Origin: an uncultured Candidatus Saccharibacteria bacterium
Lineage (GTDB): Bacteria; Patescibacteriota; UBA1384; XYA2-FULL-43-10; 1-14-0-10-43-13
NCBI GenBank assembly: GCA_964543385.1
Contig: CAZIYE010000001.1
Span: 90,001 to 122,000, forward strand
Length of the DNA: 32,000 bases
Reading direction: 5' to 3'
Positions 8,154-17,331 of the stretch are shown piece by piece (positions within the stretch are counted from its first letter, which is position 1; each line of letters starts with the position of its first letter). Made by a program: the position numbers and the translations under genes. The notes under the pieces were generated by a model. The model was not told the DNA's origin. It worked only from the letters and a program-made list of their open reading frames with translations, and made no database searches.

Positions 8154-9257
8154 ATGAAAAGAATAAATCCATTCATGGCAGCAATCGAAGATTTATGTGA
8201 AGAAAAAGGCCTTAATAAAGACATTGTTATGGAAACAGTCGAAGCTGCTTTAGCGGCAGCATATCGTAAAGACTACGGTAAACCCAAACAAATTGTTCGA
8301 GCAAAGCTTGATCCTGAAACAGGCAGGGCCGATATGTTTCGTGTATACGAAGTTCTAGAAACCGAAGAGGAAATCAAAGAACACGAACACGAATTAACGC
8401 TAGAAGAAGCAAAGGTTTTAGACAAAAAAGCTGAAATCGGCAAAGAAGTAATTGTTCCATTGCCACCCCAGGAAGAATTCGGCCGCATTGCTGCTCAGAC
8501 TGCAAAACAAGTTATTATACAGAGAATTAGAGAGGCTGAAAGAGATCTCCTGTTTGATGAGTTCAAAGACAAAGAAAAGAAAGTCGTAAATGCAACTGTT
8601 CAGCAGGTAGACGGCAGAAATGTTATTGTTTCTCTCGGTAAGGTAAATGGGATTGTTTATCCTTCAGACCAAATCAACGGAGAAAGATATTACGTTGGCC
8701 AAAGATTGAAAGTATATGTTAAGGAAGTTTCTCAATCAGTAAAAGGCCCTCAAATCATTGTATCCAGGAGCGATGAAAACCTTATCACTGGTCTATTTGA
8801 AACAGAAGTACCAGAGATTGCCTCAGGCACAGTTGAAATAAAAAGCACCGCTAGGGAAGCGGGCTCACGCACAAAAATCGCCGTTATTGCTACTGAAGAT
8901 AAGATCGATCCAGTTGGTTCGTGCGTTGGTCAACGGGGCACTCGAGTACAAGCCGTTCTTGATGAAATTGGTTTAGAGAAAATCGACATTGTCCTATGGG
9001 ATGAAGATGTAGAGCAATTTATAATGAATGCTTTATCTCCTGCTAAGACTAAACAAATATCAATATCTTCAAAAGATAATAAAGCTATAGTATACGTAGA
9101 CAAAGACAATCTCTCATTGGCCATCGGCAAAAATGGTCAAAATGTCCGACTTGCATCCAAACTAACTGGCTGGGGTATAGACATTAAATTGATAGAAGAA
9201 AAAGATTCTTCACAAGATGATGAAACTGAGTCGTCACAAGAAGCTGACCAGAAATAG
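8154..9257 (+). CDS. nusA: Transcription termination/antitermination factor NusA
   Basis: N-terminal AIEDLCEEKGLNKDIVMETVEAALAAAYRKDYG, S1-like region, and KH motifs DPVGSCVGQRGTRVQAVLDEIGLEKIDIVLW and LAIGKNGQNVRLASKLTGWGIDI. Confidence 0.95.
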   Translation: MKRINPFMAAIEDLCEEKGLNKDIVMETVEAALAAAYRKDYGKPKQIVRAKLDPETGRADMFRVYEVLETEEEIKEHEHELTLEEAKVLDKKAEIGKEVIVPLPPQEEFGRIAAQTAKQVIIQRIREAERDLLFDEFKDKEKKVVNATVQQVDGRNVIVSLGKVNGIVYPSDQINGERYYVGQRLKVYVKEVSQSVKGPQIIVSRSDENLITGLFETEVPEIASGTVEIKSTAREAGSRTKIAVIATEDKIDPVGSCVGQRGTRVQAVLDEIGLEKIDIVLWDEDVEQFIMNALSPAKTKQISISSKDNKAIVYVDKDNLSLAIGKNGQNVRLASKLTGWGIDIKLIEEKDSSQDDETESSQEADQK

Positions 9258-9337
9258 TTAACATCTAATACAAAATACCTATTTTCTTCTAAACATCTTT
9301 AAGTTGGAGAGGGTACTTTTGTATATCACGGTTACTA

Positions 9338-9366
9338 TTGACTTTATGTAAAGCATACTTTACATT
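9338..9366 (+). promoter_or_regulatory. Candidate clpC promoter with palindromic operator in the spacer
   Basis: TTGACT (9338-9343), 17 nt, TACATT (9361-9366). Inverted repeat ATGTAAAG-CATA-CTTTACAT at 9346-9365. Confidence 0.55.
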
Positions 9367-9440
9367 TTAATCATACTGAACTCGATGTTGACCAAATAAC
9401 CAATAGCTTATCCAATTAAATAACACATTATTTTATATAC

Positions 9441-11954
9441 ATGAACAGCGAAATATTTCAAAAATTTACCGCTAATTTAAAAAAAGCTCTGGTGGAGGCT
9501 GAAAAAATCGCCAAAGATAGGAACTCCGAGGTTGATACTGAACATCAGCTCTTAGCCCTTCTAAATTATAAAGATACTCTAGCCTATGAGATTCTTTCAA
9601 GTTTTGATATTACCAGCGATCGGATAGAACTGATTGCTTCATTGATTGTGCATAAAAACGAAGCGTCAAAAGAGATAATCTCAAAAGACGCCAAAAAATG
9701 CATCCAGCTAGCGGTACAAATTGCTTCTAAATATCACCACACAACCATTGGCTCCGAACATCTCCTTTTAGCATTGATCACTGGGAAAACTTTTAATTCT
9801 TATTCAATAATAGAGCGTATTGGTGTTGACCCCAAGAAGATTAGAAAACAGATAGAATCGATTTTTAAGGGCATTAGTAATTCTTTCAATAGGAAGACAG
9901 ACCAGGGATCACAATCTATCGCCCCAGAAAATATTCTCTCAGGCGAAGGCTTTGACGATAACAGCCTTTTTGAGAATCAGGGGATGCCAATTTTCCCGCA
10001 AAATGCCACCTCAACAAAAAAAGAGAGTGCACTTGACTCATTTTCGACTAATTTGACTAGATTAGCAAAGGACAGCAAGCTTGACCCAGTCATTGGTCGA
10101 GACATGGAGACTAGGAGAGTTATTCAAACACTTTCCAGAAGAACAAAAAATAATCCTATTCTAATAGGGGAGCCAGGCGTTGGCAAAACATCAATCATAG
10201 AAGGTCTAGCCCAGAGAATAGTAAATGGTCGAGTACCAAATCAGATCCAAAATACTGAGATTCTCTCTATTGACCTTGGTTCTATTCTTGCCGGAACAAT
10301 GTATCGCGGTCAATTTGAGAGCCGAATCAAAAAAATATTGGCCGAAATCGAAAAAAGAGGCAATGTGATCCTTTTTGTAGATGAAATTCACATGATGGTT
10401 GGAGCTGGATCTACCGAGGGTTCTATAGATGCAGCAAATTTACTTAAGCCGATGTTAGCAAAAGGTCAGCTGAGACTAATCGGCTCTACCACCTTTGACG
10501 AGTATAAAAAGCACATTGAAAAAGATGCTGCCTTTGAAAGACGTTTCCAGCCAATAAAAGTAGCTGAACCATCTGCAGAGGAAGCTGAAAAAATTATTAC
10601 CGGCATAAAAGGACGATATGAAAAGTTCCATAAAGTTTCCTACGAACAATCAGCTATTAGAGCGGCCGTTGAATTATCTCAAAGGTATATAAATGACCGC
10701 CATTTACCAGATAAGGCCATTGATTTAATTGACGAAGCCGGAGCCGTCAAAAACTCTGAAAACATCAAGGTAGATAATCTTGTAGTTTTCAAAAGACAAT
10801 TAGAACAAATATTAAAGAAAAAAGAGGCATTAATCTCTGCTGAGAAATATGAAGAGGCTACAAAACTTCGTGAACAAGAAAGCGAGCTAGAACTTCAAAT
10901 ACAAGCACTGATTGCAAAAAGAAATGATTCCAAAGAACCAATTAACATTACTGAGACAGATATTGCTAAGCTCGTTTCCGATTGGACTGGAGTTCCAGTT
11001 AATATAATGTCATCCATAGAAAAGAAAAAATATTTAAAGCTAGATAAAACACTAAAGAAATTTGTCATAGGGCAAGATAATGCAATCGATGAATTGGTCA
11101 AGGCAATAAAGAGATCTCGAGTAGGTATAAGCAATCCCAATAGACCTATTGGATCCTTTATCCTACTAGGCCCTACCGGTGTTGGCAAAACAGAACTTGC
11201 AAAGGTCCTAGCCCGTGAAATATTTGGGTCCATTGATTCGTTGATTAAGATAGACATGTCAGAATTTATGGAGAAACATAATATTGCCAGACTTATTGGA
11301 GCACCTGCTGGATATGTCGGTTATGAGGAAGGCGGCAAATTAACTGAGCGTGTTAGAAAAAATCCTTATTCGGTTATTCTTTTCGACGAAATCGAAAAAG
11401 CTCATCCTGAAGTTTTTAATATATTACTTCAGATTATGGAAGACGGCACATTAACTGATGCTAAAGGCAGATTAGTTGACTTCAAGAACACAATAATAAT
11501 AATGACGTCAAATCTAGGTACCGATATTCTGAAACGCCAATCATCAATTGGATTTAATAAAGCAACTTCTTCAGAAGAAAAGTATGAGGCTCTAAAAGAA
11601 AGCGTTATGAACACTGTAGAGAAAAGTTTCCGACCAGAATTTATCAATAGACTTGATCAAATAGTTGTTTTTTATCCGCTCGAAACAAAAACTTTGAAGA
11701 AGATAGTTGAGCTTCAAATTGAAGAGCTAACACTGAGATTGAAACAACAAAATATCTCGTTATTGGTTGATAAATCAGTTAAAGATTGGATAGTGGAAAA
11801 AAGTTTCAAGCCAGAATTTGGTGCTAGACCAGTAAGAAAATTCATTCAGGACAATATCGAACCAGCTATCTCTGACGCAATTCTAATTGATGAATATCAG
11901 TCAGGAAATACAATTAGGCTTGTATTTGATAACGGCAAATTAAGATTGTGCTAA
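9441..11954 (+). CDS. clpC: AAA+ protease ATPase subunit, ClpC-like (N-domain, D1, UVR-type middle region, D2)
   Basis: [52 protein letters not shown] (UVR motif), SDWTGVPV, and [11 protein letters not shown] Clp N-domain repeats. Confidence 0.92.
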   Translation: MNSEIFQKFTANLKKALVEAEKIAKDRNSEVDTEHQLLALLNYKDTLAYEILSSFDITSDRIELIASLIVHKNEASKEIISKDAKKCIQLAVQIASKYHHTTIGSEHLLLALITGKTFNSYSIIERIGVDPKKIRKQIESIFKGISNSFNRKTDQGSQSIAPENILSGEGFDDNSLFENQGMPIFPQNATSTKKESALDSFSTNLTRLAKDSKLDPVIGRDMETRRVIQTLSRRTKNNPILIGEPGVGKTSIIEGLAQRIVNGRVPNQIQNTEILSIDLGSILAGTMYRGQFESRIKKILAEIEKRGNVILFVDEIHMMVGAGSTEGSIDAANLLKPMLAKGQLRLIGSTTFDEYKKHIEKDAAFERRFQPIKVAEPSAEEAEKIITGIKGRYEKFHKVSYEQSAIRAAVELSQRYINDRHLPDKAIDLIDEAGAVKNSENIKVDNLVVFKRQLEQILKKKEALISAEKYEEATKLREQESELELQIQALIAKRNDSKEPINITETDIAKLVSDWTGVPVNIMSSIEKKKYLKLDKTLKKFVIGQDNAIDELVKAIKRSRVGISNPNRPIGSFILLGPTGVGKTELAKVLAREIFGSIDSLIKIDMSEFMEKHNIARLIGAPAGYVGYEEGGKLTERVRKNPYSVILFDEIEKAHPEVFNILLQIMEDGTLTDAKGRLVDFKNTIIIMTSNLGTDILKRQSSIGFNKATSSEEKYEALKESVMNTVEKSFRPEFINRLDQIVVFYPLETKTLKKIVELQIEELTLRLKQQNISLLVDKSVKDWIVEKSFKPEFGARPVRKFIQDNIEPAISDAILIDEYQSGNTIRLVFDNGKLRLC

Positions 11955-11991
11955 TTTTATCAAGGCTCTTTCTAAATTTATTAAGGTTTAG

Positions 11992-13875
11992 ATGGAAAAA
12001 TTACCTCAAAACTTAGCTCTCGCTATAAAAAACTTACCCCAAGGTGATATTGAACAGATTGAAAAAGCCTATGCTTTTGCCAAAGAAAGGCACCATTCTC
12101 AGAAACGCCTCTGCGGCGAGCCATATCTCCATCACCTAGTTCGTATTGCCACAAATCTTGCGATAAATGGATTTGATGTCGAGACAATTTCCGCCGGACT
12201 TCTCCATGACGTTGTCGAGGACACTCCGACAACGCTCAACGAAGTCAGGAGTATTTTTGGTGAAGAAATAGCTGGTATTGTAGATGGTGTAACGAAAGTC
12301 TCATCTTTTAAGATTAAAGATAAAGATAAAGTCTTCCGTGATCACACACTTTATCTTGAAAAAGTAGATAACTATCGCAAAATTTTATTTGCAACCGCCA
12401 AAGATCCAAGAGTAATAATAGTAAAACTTTATGATCGCCTAGACAACATAGAGACAATCGAGCCAATGCCACAAAACAAGCAGGCCTTTTATGCTCGAGA
12501 AACAATTGAAATATTTGCTCCAATAGCCGAACGTCTTGGAATGGGATATCTAAAAAGTCAACTAGAGGATAGATCTTTTCCGTACGCCCATAAAGACGAA
12601 TACGCAAAATTTTTAGATGATATAGGAGACAGTTATAAAAATGCCGAGTTATTCATCAACTCAATCATACCAACAGTGGAATCAGAAGTTATGGCGGCAA
12701 ATATTAAGATTGAGTCAATCGCCGGCAGAGCAAAATCACACTACAGCTTATATAAAAAAATTGAGCGCAAAGGTAGCCTCTCTGCCATCCATGATATCCT
12801 TGCGCTAAGAATCATCGTTGATTCAGTCGAAAATTGCTATAAAACTCTTGGGGTCATTCACTCCCTGTATGAACCTCTGCCAAATAAAATAAAAGATTAT
12901 ATAGCAAAACCAAAAAGCAATGGCTATCAATCCATTCATATCACAGTTAAGGATAAAGAGAACAATAATTTTGAAATCCAGATTAGAACAAACAACATGC
13001 ATATTGCCGCTGAAAATGGGATTGCTTCGCACTGGAATTATAAGGAAAGAGACAAACGAGTCAATAGTAAAGATAATTCTGCACTTGAATGGATCAAGGA
13101 GCTAGAAAAATTAAAAGACGTCAGCAATAAAAAAGAATTTTTGAGCGAGTTGAAAGAAAACTTTTTTGCCCATCAAATATTCATCTTCACACCCAATAAC
13201 GATATTATTCGATTACCTGTTGGATCGACCCCAATTGATTTTGCATACAAAATTCATACTGGTTTAGGCCATCGTACCATTGGGGCAAAAATTAACGGCC
13301 GCATTGTACCGCTTTCGACTCTTTTGAATACAGGGGATAATATTGAGATCATAACTAGTAAAATTTTGAACCCAAAGGAAGACTGGCTAAAGTTTGTTAA
13401 AACCGCCCATGCGCAAAGAAAAATAAAAGCCCTGACAAAAATAAAGCACGAATCGATACTGGCCGACTTGGGACTTAAAAAAATTAATGAATTTATCGAG
13501 AAACACGATTTACCTGCACTAAACAAAACTGAGGCAGAGAAATTACTAAAGGATTCAAAAACTCCATACAATTCACTTGAAAAAGCCTTTGCAGCAATAG
13601 CTGAAGGTAATCTCGGCATAGTTAAACTCATAAAAACTATAAATCCAAATTTTAAATCCTTAGAAAAAAGATCAAGTTTCGTTTTGACGGGAAGTGATAC
13701 GCTGACTGTCCCTGCTCTAAAGAATATTCCTCATGAATTTGCCAAATGCTGCAAGCCTAAAAAAGATGATGAGGTAATAGGTTATCTTGGCAAGGAACCA
13801 ATTATAAAAATTCACCGCATGAATTGCAAAAGGCTAATTAACGTAGATGATAGACGTCTAATACATCTATCATAA
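11992..13875 (+). CDS. RelA/SpoT family (p)ppGpp synthetase/hydrolase, short C-terminus
   Basis: HD motif ISAGLLHDVVED; synthetase YHSLYKKIERKG...DILALRIIV and NGYQSIHITV; TGS domain IFIFTPNNDIIRLPVGSTPIDFAYKIHTGLGHRTIGAKING; CCKPKKDDEVIGYL. Confidence 0.93.
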   Translation: MEKLPQNLALAIKNLPQGDIEQIEKAYAFAKERHHSQKRLCGEPYLHHLVRIATNLAINGFDVETISAGLLHDVVEDTPTTLNEVRSIFGEEIAGIVDGVTKVSSFKIKDKDKVFRDHTLYLEKVDNYRKILFATAKDPRVIIVKLYDRLDNIETIEPMPQNKQAFYARETIEIFAPIAERLGMGYLKSQLEDRSFPYAHKDEYAKFLDDIGDSYKNAELFINSIIPTVESEVMAANIKIESIAGRAKSHYSLYKKIERKGSLSAIHDILALRIIVDSVENCYKTLGVIHSLYEPLPNKIKDYIAKPKSNGYQSIHITVKDKENNNFEIQIRTNNMHIAAENGIASHWNYKERDKRVNSKDNSALEWIKELEKLKDVSNKKEFLSELKENFFAHQIFIFTPNNDIIRLPVGSTPIDFAYKIHTGLGHRTIGAKINGRIVPLSTLLNTGDNIEIITSKILNPKEDWLKFVKTAHAQRKIKALTKIKHESILADLGLKKINEFIEKHDLPALNKTEAEKLLKDSKTPYNSLEKAFAAIAEGNLGIVKLIKTINPNFKSLEKRSSFVLTGSDTLTVPALKNIPHEFAKCCKPKKDDEVIGYLGKEPIIKIHRMNCKRLINVDDRRLIHLS

Positions 13876-13922
13876 ATAGGAACTATTTTTTACATTCTAT
13901 ATTATATAATGTAAATTCTTCT

Positions 13923-13951
13923 TTGACATTTCAGTTAACTCTTGCTACGAT
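13923..13951 (+). promoter_or_regulatory. Probable hisS promoter
   Basis: TTGACA (13923-13928), 17-nt spacer, TACGAT (13946-13951). Confidence 0.65.
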
Positions 13952-13985
13952 TTGCCTTGAATTGAACATTTTCTAGGAGAAAAAT

Positions 13986-15284
13986 ATGTCAAAGCAATTT
14001 CAGACAGCCAGAGGAACAAAGGATATTCTTCCTCAGGATCAAAATTATTGGATAAAAGTTCAGGAAACCGCAAAAAAGACACTCTTTGGACTTGGATTTG
14101 GCAAAATTACATTACCGCATTTTGAAAATGTTGAGGTCTATACACGAGGTATTGGAGAAACAACAGATATTGTTCAAAAAGAGATGTATGTTATAGAAAA
14201 TAGGGGAGATGACGAATCGGCAAAATATGTTCTAAGACCAGAGGGTACAGCAGGAGCGGTCCGATCCTTTATTCAAAATGGCATGTCCAGCTGGTCTCAG
14301 CCGGTAAGGCTTTTCTATTCTGGCGCGATGTTTCGACGAGAGAGACCACAAAAGGGCAGATATCGAGAATTCTATCAGGTAGGAACCGAAATTTTTGGTG
14401 ACGCAACACCAAAATCAGATTATCTTGCCATCATGTCAGCCTGGGAAATACTGCAAAGATTGGGATTAAAGAACCTAATAGTTTATACCAATTCGATTGG
14501 TTGCCCAAAATGCCGACCAAAGTTTATGGCTAAACTAAAAAAATACTACAAAGAAAAACTAACCAATCTCTGTGATGATTGTAAAAATCGATATGAGACA
14601 AATCCTTTAAGATTGCTAGATTGCAAAGAAAAATCCTGTCAATCAATCGCAAAGGATGCACCTATAATGCTGGATTCTCTTTGTGTTGATTGCAAGAAGC
14701 ACTTTCAGGAAACACTCGAATATCTAGATTATTTCAATATCAAATATGATTTAGATCCTACCTTAGTTCGAGGATTAGATTACTATACACAGACAGTTTT
14801 CGAGATAGTGGAAAAGAATGACAAAGGTAGACAAAGTACAATTGTGGGCGGTGGCCGTTACAATGGTCTAGTCGAGTTACTCGGCGGACCTTCTACTCCT
14901 GCTGTTGGATATTCATTTGGGGTCGAAAGAGTGATATCACTGATGAAAGAGCAGGAGATTGAAGCTGATAAACCTAGAGGCGTTGAAATATGCATTCTAC
15001 AGCTCGGAGACAAGGCAAAGGAAGTCTCCAAAAAGATTTATGACCAGCTTTCAAAAAATGATATAAACGTTTATTTTGTTCCTTCTAATGATGGCTTGCG
15101 TCAGCAAATAAAGATGGCCTCAAAACTAGGTGCAGCCTATGCCATTATCATCGGCCAGCAAGAAGCTGTAAAGGACGAGATTATCCTACGAGACCTGTCT
15201 GCTTCCTCTCAGGAAGTTTTCCCTGTTAAGGATATCGCAGATGCTGTTAAGAAACGTATCATTAAATGCGACTGCGATAAATAA
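13986..15284 (+). CDS. hisS: Histidine--tRNA ligase
   Basis: RGTKDILPQD, YVLRPEGTAGAVRS, FYQVGTEIFG, GLDYYTQTVFEI and GGGRYNGLVELLGG, plus a Cys-rich insertion CPKC...CDDC...CKEKSC...CVDC known from many bacterial HisRS. Confidence 0.96.
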   Translation: MSKQFQTARGTKDILPQDQNYWIKVQETAKKTLFGLGFGKITLPHFENVEVYTRGIGETTDIVQKEMYVIENRGDDESAKYVLRPEGTAGAVRSFIQNGMSSWSQPVRLFYSGAMFRRERPQKGRYREFYQVGTEIFGDATPKSDYLAIMSAWEILQRLGLKNLIVYTNSIGCPKCRPKFMAKLKKYYKEKLTNLCDDCKNRYETNPLRLLDCKEKSCQSIAKDAPIMLDSLCVDCKKHFQETLEYLDYFNIKYDLDPTLVRGLDYYTQTVFEIVEKNDKGRQSTIVGGGRYNGLVELLGGPSTPAVGYSFGVERVISLMKEQEIEADKPRGVEICILQLGDKAKEVSKKIYDQLSKNDINVYFVPSNDGLRQQIKMASKLGAAYAIIIGQQEAVKDEIILRDLSASSQEVFPVKDIADAVKKRIIKCDCDK

Positions 15285-15290
15285 TAATCA

Positions 15291-16607
15291 ATGAATAACA
15301 TCTTCGGGGAAATAAAAATCCGAACTTTATTCTGGGGGATAGTCCTTTCAGGAATATCTGTTGCCATATTCATTAGGCTGCCTCTTTTTCATAATAAAGA
15401 TGTCTTCGGATCAAATTTCATCGGGGCAATTTTTTATGTATTCATCATGCTCTGGCTTGTTTATATCGCTAAACGTAAGAAGAAAAATCTTATAGATATA
15501 AAGAGCGAATGTGAAACTGTCAGGAGTAATTTCAAAGAGATCCTCTCTCTTGCAATTATGAGCTTTGTATTTTCTTTAGGACTCGCATATCTTCTGCCGG
15601 CTATCGTTTATTTGATTAATCCTGATTTTGCACAATTGCTCATTTCTGGAGAAAATTTAGTACCAAAAAATAATGTTGATTTCCTTTTCCTGGCTATAGC
15701 AACAATTATTCTGGCTCCGATAGTTGAAGAGCTTATTTTTCGAGGTATTCTTCTACATCGCCTCTCCATAAAATGGGGTATTATTTCTGCCGTTTTTATA
15801 TCATCAATCCTGTTTGGGATTAGTCATCTTGGATTAGCAGTTATTGGCGCCTTTGTCTTTGGTATAACAATGACAGCACTATATAAAAAAACAAACTCCA
15901 TATCCTCGTCAATTGTGGCTCATTCTATTAATAACGCTATTGCTGTCCTGCCAACATATTCACTCATTGCCACTGGTAATCTCGATTTTAAAATACAAAA
16001 TAGCATGACCGATGTTTATGTGCCAGGAATAGTCGGATTGATCATTTCTACAATTGCGGGAGTGTACCTCTTTCGATATATAAAACAGAACTGGGATAAA
16101 ATAAAGGCCAAATATCCATCTAACAAAAATATCTTTATAATTTTAGATAATATCCGCTCAATGGAAAATGTTGGTTCAATCTTTCGAACTGCCGATGCGG
16201 CAGGCATTTCAAAAATTTACCTCTGTGGTATTACCGCCAAGCCACCAAGAAAAGAGATAGACAAAACATCTCTAGGTGCTGTAGATTTTGTTGAGTGGGA
16301 ATACGCTGATAATATAAAAGCTCTAATTTCTAATTTAAAAGAAGAGAGGGTTACGGTCCTAGCACTTGAACAAGACAAACGATCAATTCCCTATTCTTCA
16401 TTCATAATTGCTAATTCGAACAATCTTGCTCTAATTGTCGGCAACGAAACCGATGGAATATCAAAAGAAATTTTAGATCTTTGCGACCAAATCATAGAAA
16501 TTCCGATGTATGGACAGAAGAATTCGTTGAATGTAGCAGTAGCTACTGGCGTCGCTGTTTATGATATAATAGGTAAAATAAAAAATAATTTTGGGAGACA
16601 AAAATGA
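15291..16607 (+). CDS. Fusion protein: CPBP/Rce1-type intramembrane metalloprotease + SpoU/TrmH-type 2'-O-methyltransferase
   Basis: Residues about 1-260 are multi-TM with APIVEELIFRGILLHRL, ISSILFGISHLGLAVIGAFVFG and SSSIVAHSINN (CPBP). Residues about 275-438 contain IILDNIRSMENVGSIFRTADAAGISKIYLCG, KTSLGAVDFVEW, LALIVGNETDGIS and IPMYGQKNSLNVAVATGVAVYDI (SpoU). One continuous ORF. Confidence 0.93.
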   Translation: MNNIFGEIKIRTLFWGIVLSGISVAIFIRLPLFHNKDVFGSNFIGAIFYVFIMLWLVYIAKRKKKNLIDIKSECETVRSNFKEILSLAIMSFVFSLGLAYLLPAIVYLINPDFAQLLISGENLVPKNNVDFLFLAIATIILAPIVEELIFRGILLHRLSIKWGIISAVFISSILFGISHLGLAVIGAFVFGITMTALYKKTNSISSSIVAHSINNAIAVLPTYSLIATGNLDFKIQNSMTDVYVPGIVGLIISTIAGVYLFRYIKQNWDKIKAKYPSNKNIFIILDNIRSMENVGSIFRTADAAGISKIYLCGITAKPPRKEIDKTSLGAVDFVEWEYADNIKALISNLKEERVTVLALEQDKRSIPYSSFIIANSNNLALIVGNETDGISKEILDLCDQIIEIPMYGQKNSLNVAVATGVAVYDIIGKIKNNFGRQK

Positions 16608-17266
16608 TCGATTTCAAAAACAAAAAAGTGCTGTGGATCTGCATTGGATCAGTTATTGGAATAGTTGTTATTACAACAATTATATTATTGTTGGTAAATC
16701 AATCTAATATAAAAGAAGCCGAGAAAGCGGAAAAAGATCGCATAGCTCAAGAAGAACAAACTAAAAAAGATTTGGAGGCTTTGACAATCAAAGAAGCGCC
16801 AGCTGCCAGCGTAGTAGTCGAGACACCTGCTCAAACAGAAACACCGACAGTCGCCCAGCCAGTTAAAACTACACCTTCTACACCAACACCTGCTCCAGTA
16901 GTTCCCACTCCCGTTCCAACACCTGATCCTACTCCAGTTGTAGATCCAAAAGCATTAACAATCATACCGAGATACCCAGGCTTACCTGAGGCAAATCAGC
17001 CTAAGCTTCAAATTGGTGGCACACTCAGTGGTTGGTATGAAATTGATTTATTAGATACTATTTTTGAGCTAAATTATCTAGCTATTCCTGGAACTACGGT
17101 TACAGCAACAGTTGAAGAATTACCACGAAATTGGTTTGAGCAGCTTAACAATAATGAATACCGATTCAATGAAGGGGGTGACGCTATTGTTTTGATAGAA
17201 CTCAAAGATGCTGACGGCAATATAGTTAAAACAGGAAAATGTAAGTTATTTACACCTCGCGGTTAA
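16604..17266 (+). CDS. Membrane-anchored extracellular protein with Pro/Thr-rich linker, unknown C-terminal domain
   Basis: N-terminal TM (WICIGSVIGIVVITTIILLLV), P/T-rich linker TPAQTETPTVAQPVKTTPSTPTPAPVVPTPVPTPDPTP, ATGA overlap with the upstream gene. Confidence 0.75.
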   Translation: MIDFKNKKVLWICIGSVIGIVVITTIILLLVNQSNIKEAEKAEKDRIAQEEQTKKDLEALTIKEAPAASVVVETPAQTETPTVAQPVKTTPSTPTPAPVVPTPVPTPDPTPVVDPKALTIIPRYPGLPEANQPKLQIGGTLSGWYEIDLLDTIFELNYLAIPGTTVTATVEELPRNWFEQLNNNEYRFNEGGDAIVLIELKDADGNIVKTGKCKLFTPRG

Positions 17267-17271
17267 AGAAC

Positions 17272-17308
17272 TAAAAAAATATCCAGAAATTCTGGATATT
17301 TTTTTTAG
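17272..17308 (+). terminator. Intrinsic terminator
   Basis: CTAAAAAAATATCCAGA-AAT-TCTGGATATTTTTTTTAG. Confidence 0.85.
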
Positions 17309-17331
17309 TCAACAATAGCCCCACAATTATC

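Noticed and set aside
7909-8172. Minus-strand 87-aa ORF
   Set aside because: It spans the pyk 3' end, a terminator and the nusA start, is low-complexity hydrophobic, and has no family signature.
13986-15284. Cys-rich insertion in HisRS as a novel zinc domain
   Set aside because: A CPKC..CxxC..C..CxxC insertion of this type occurs in many ordinary bacterial HisRS proteins.
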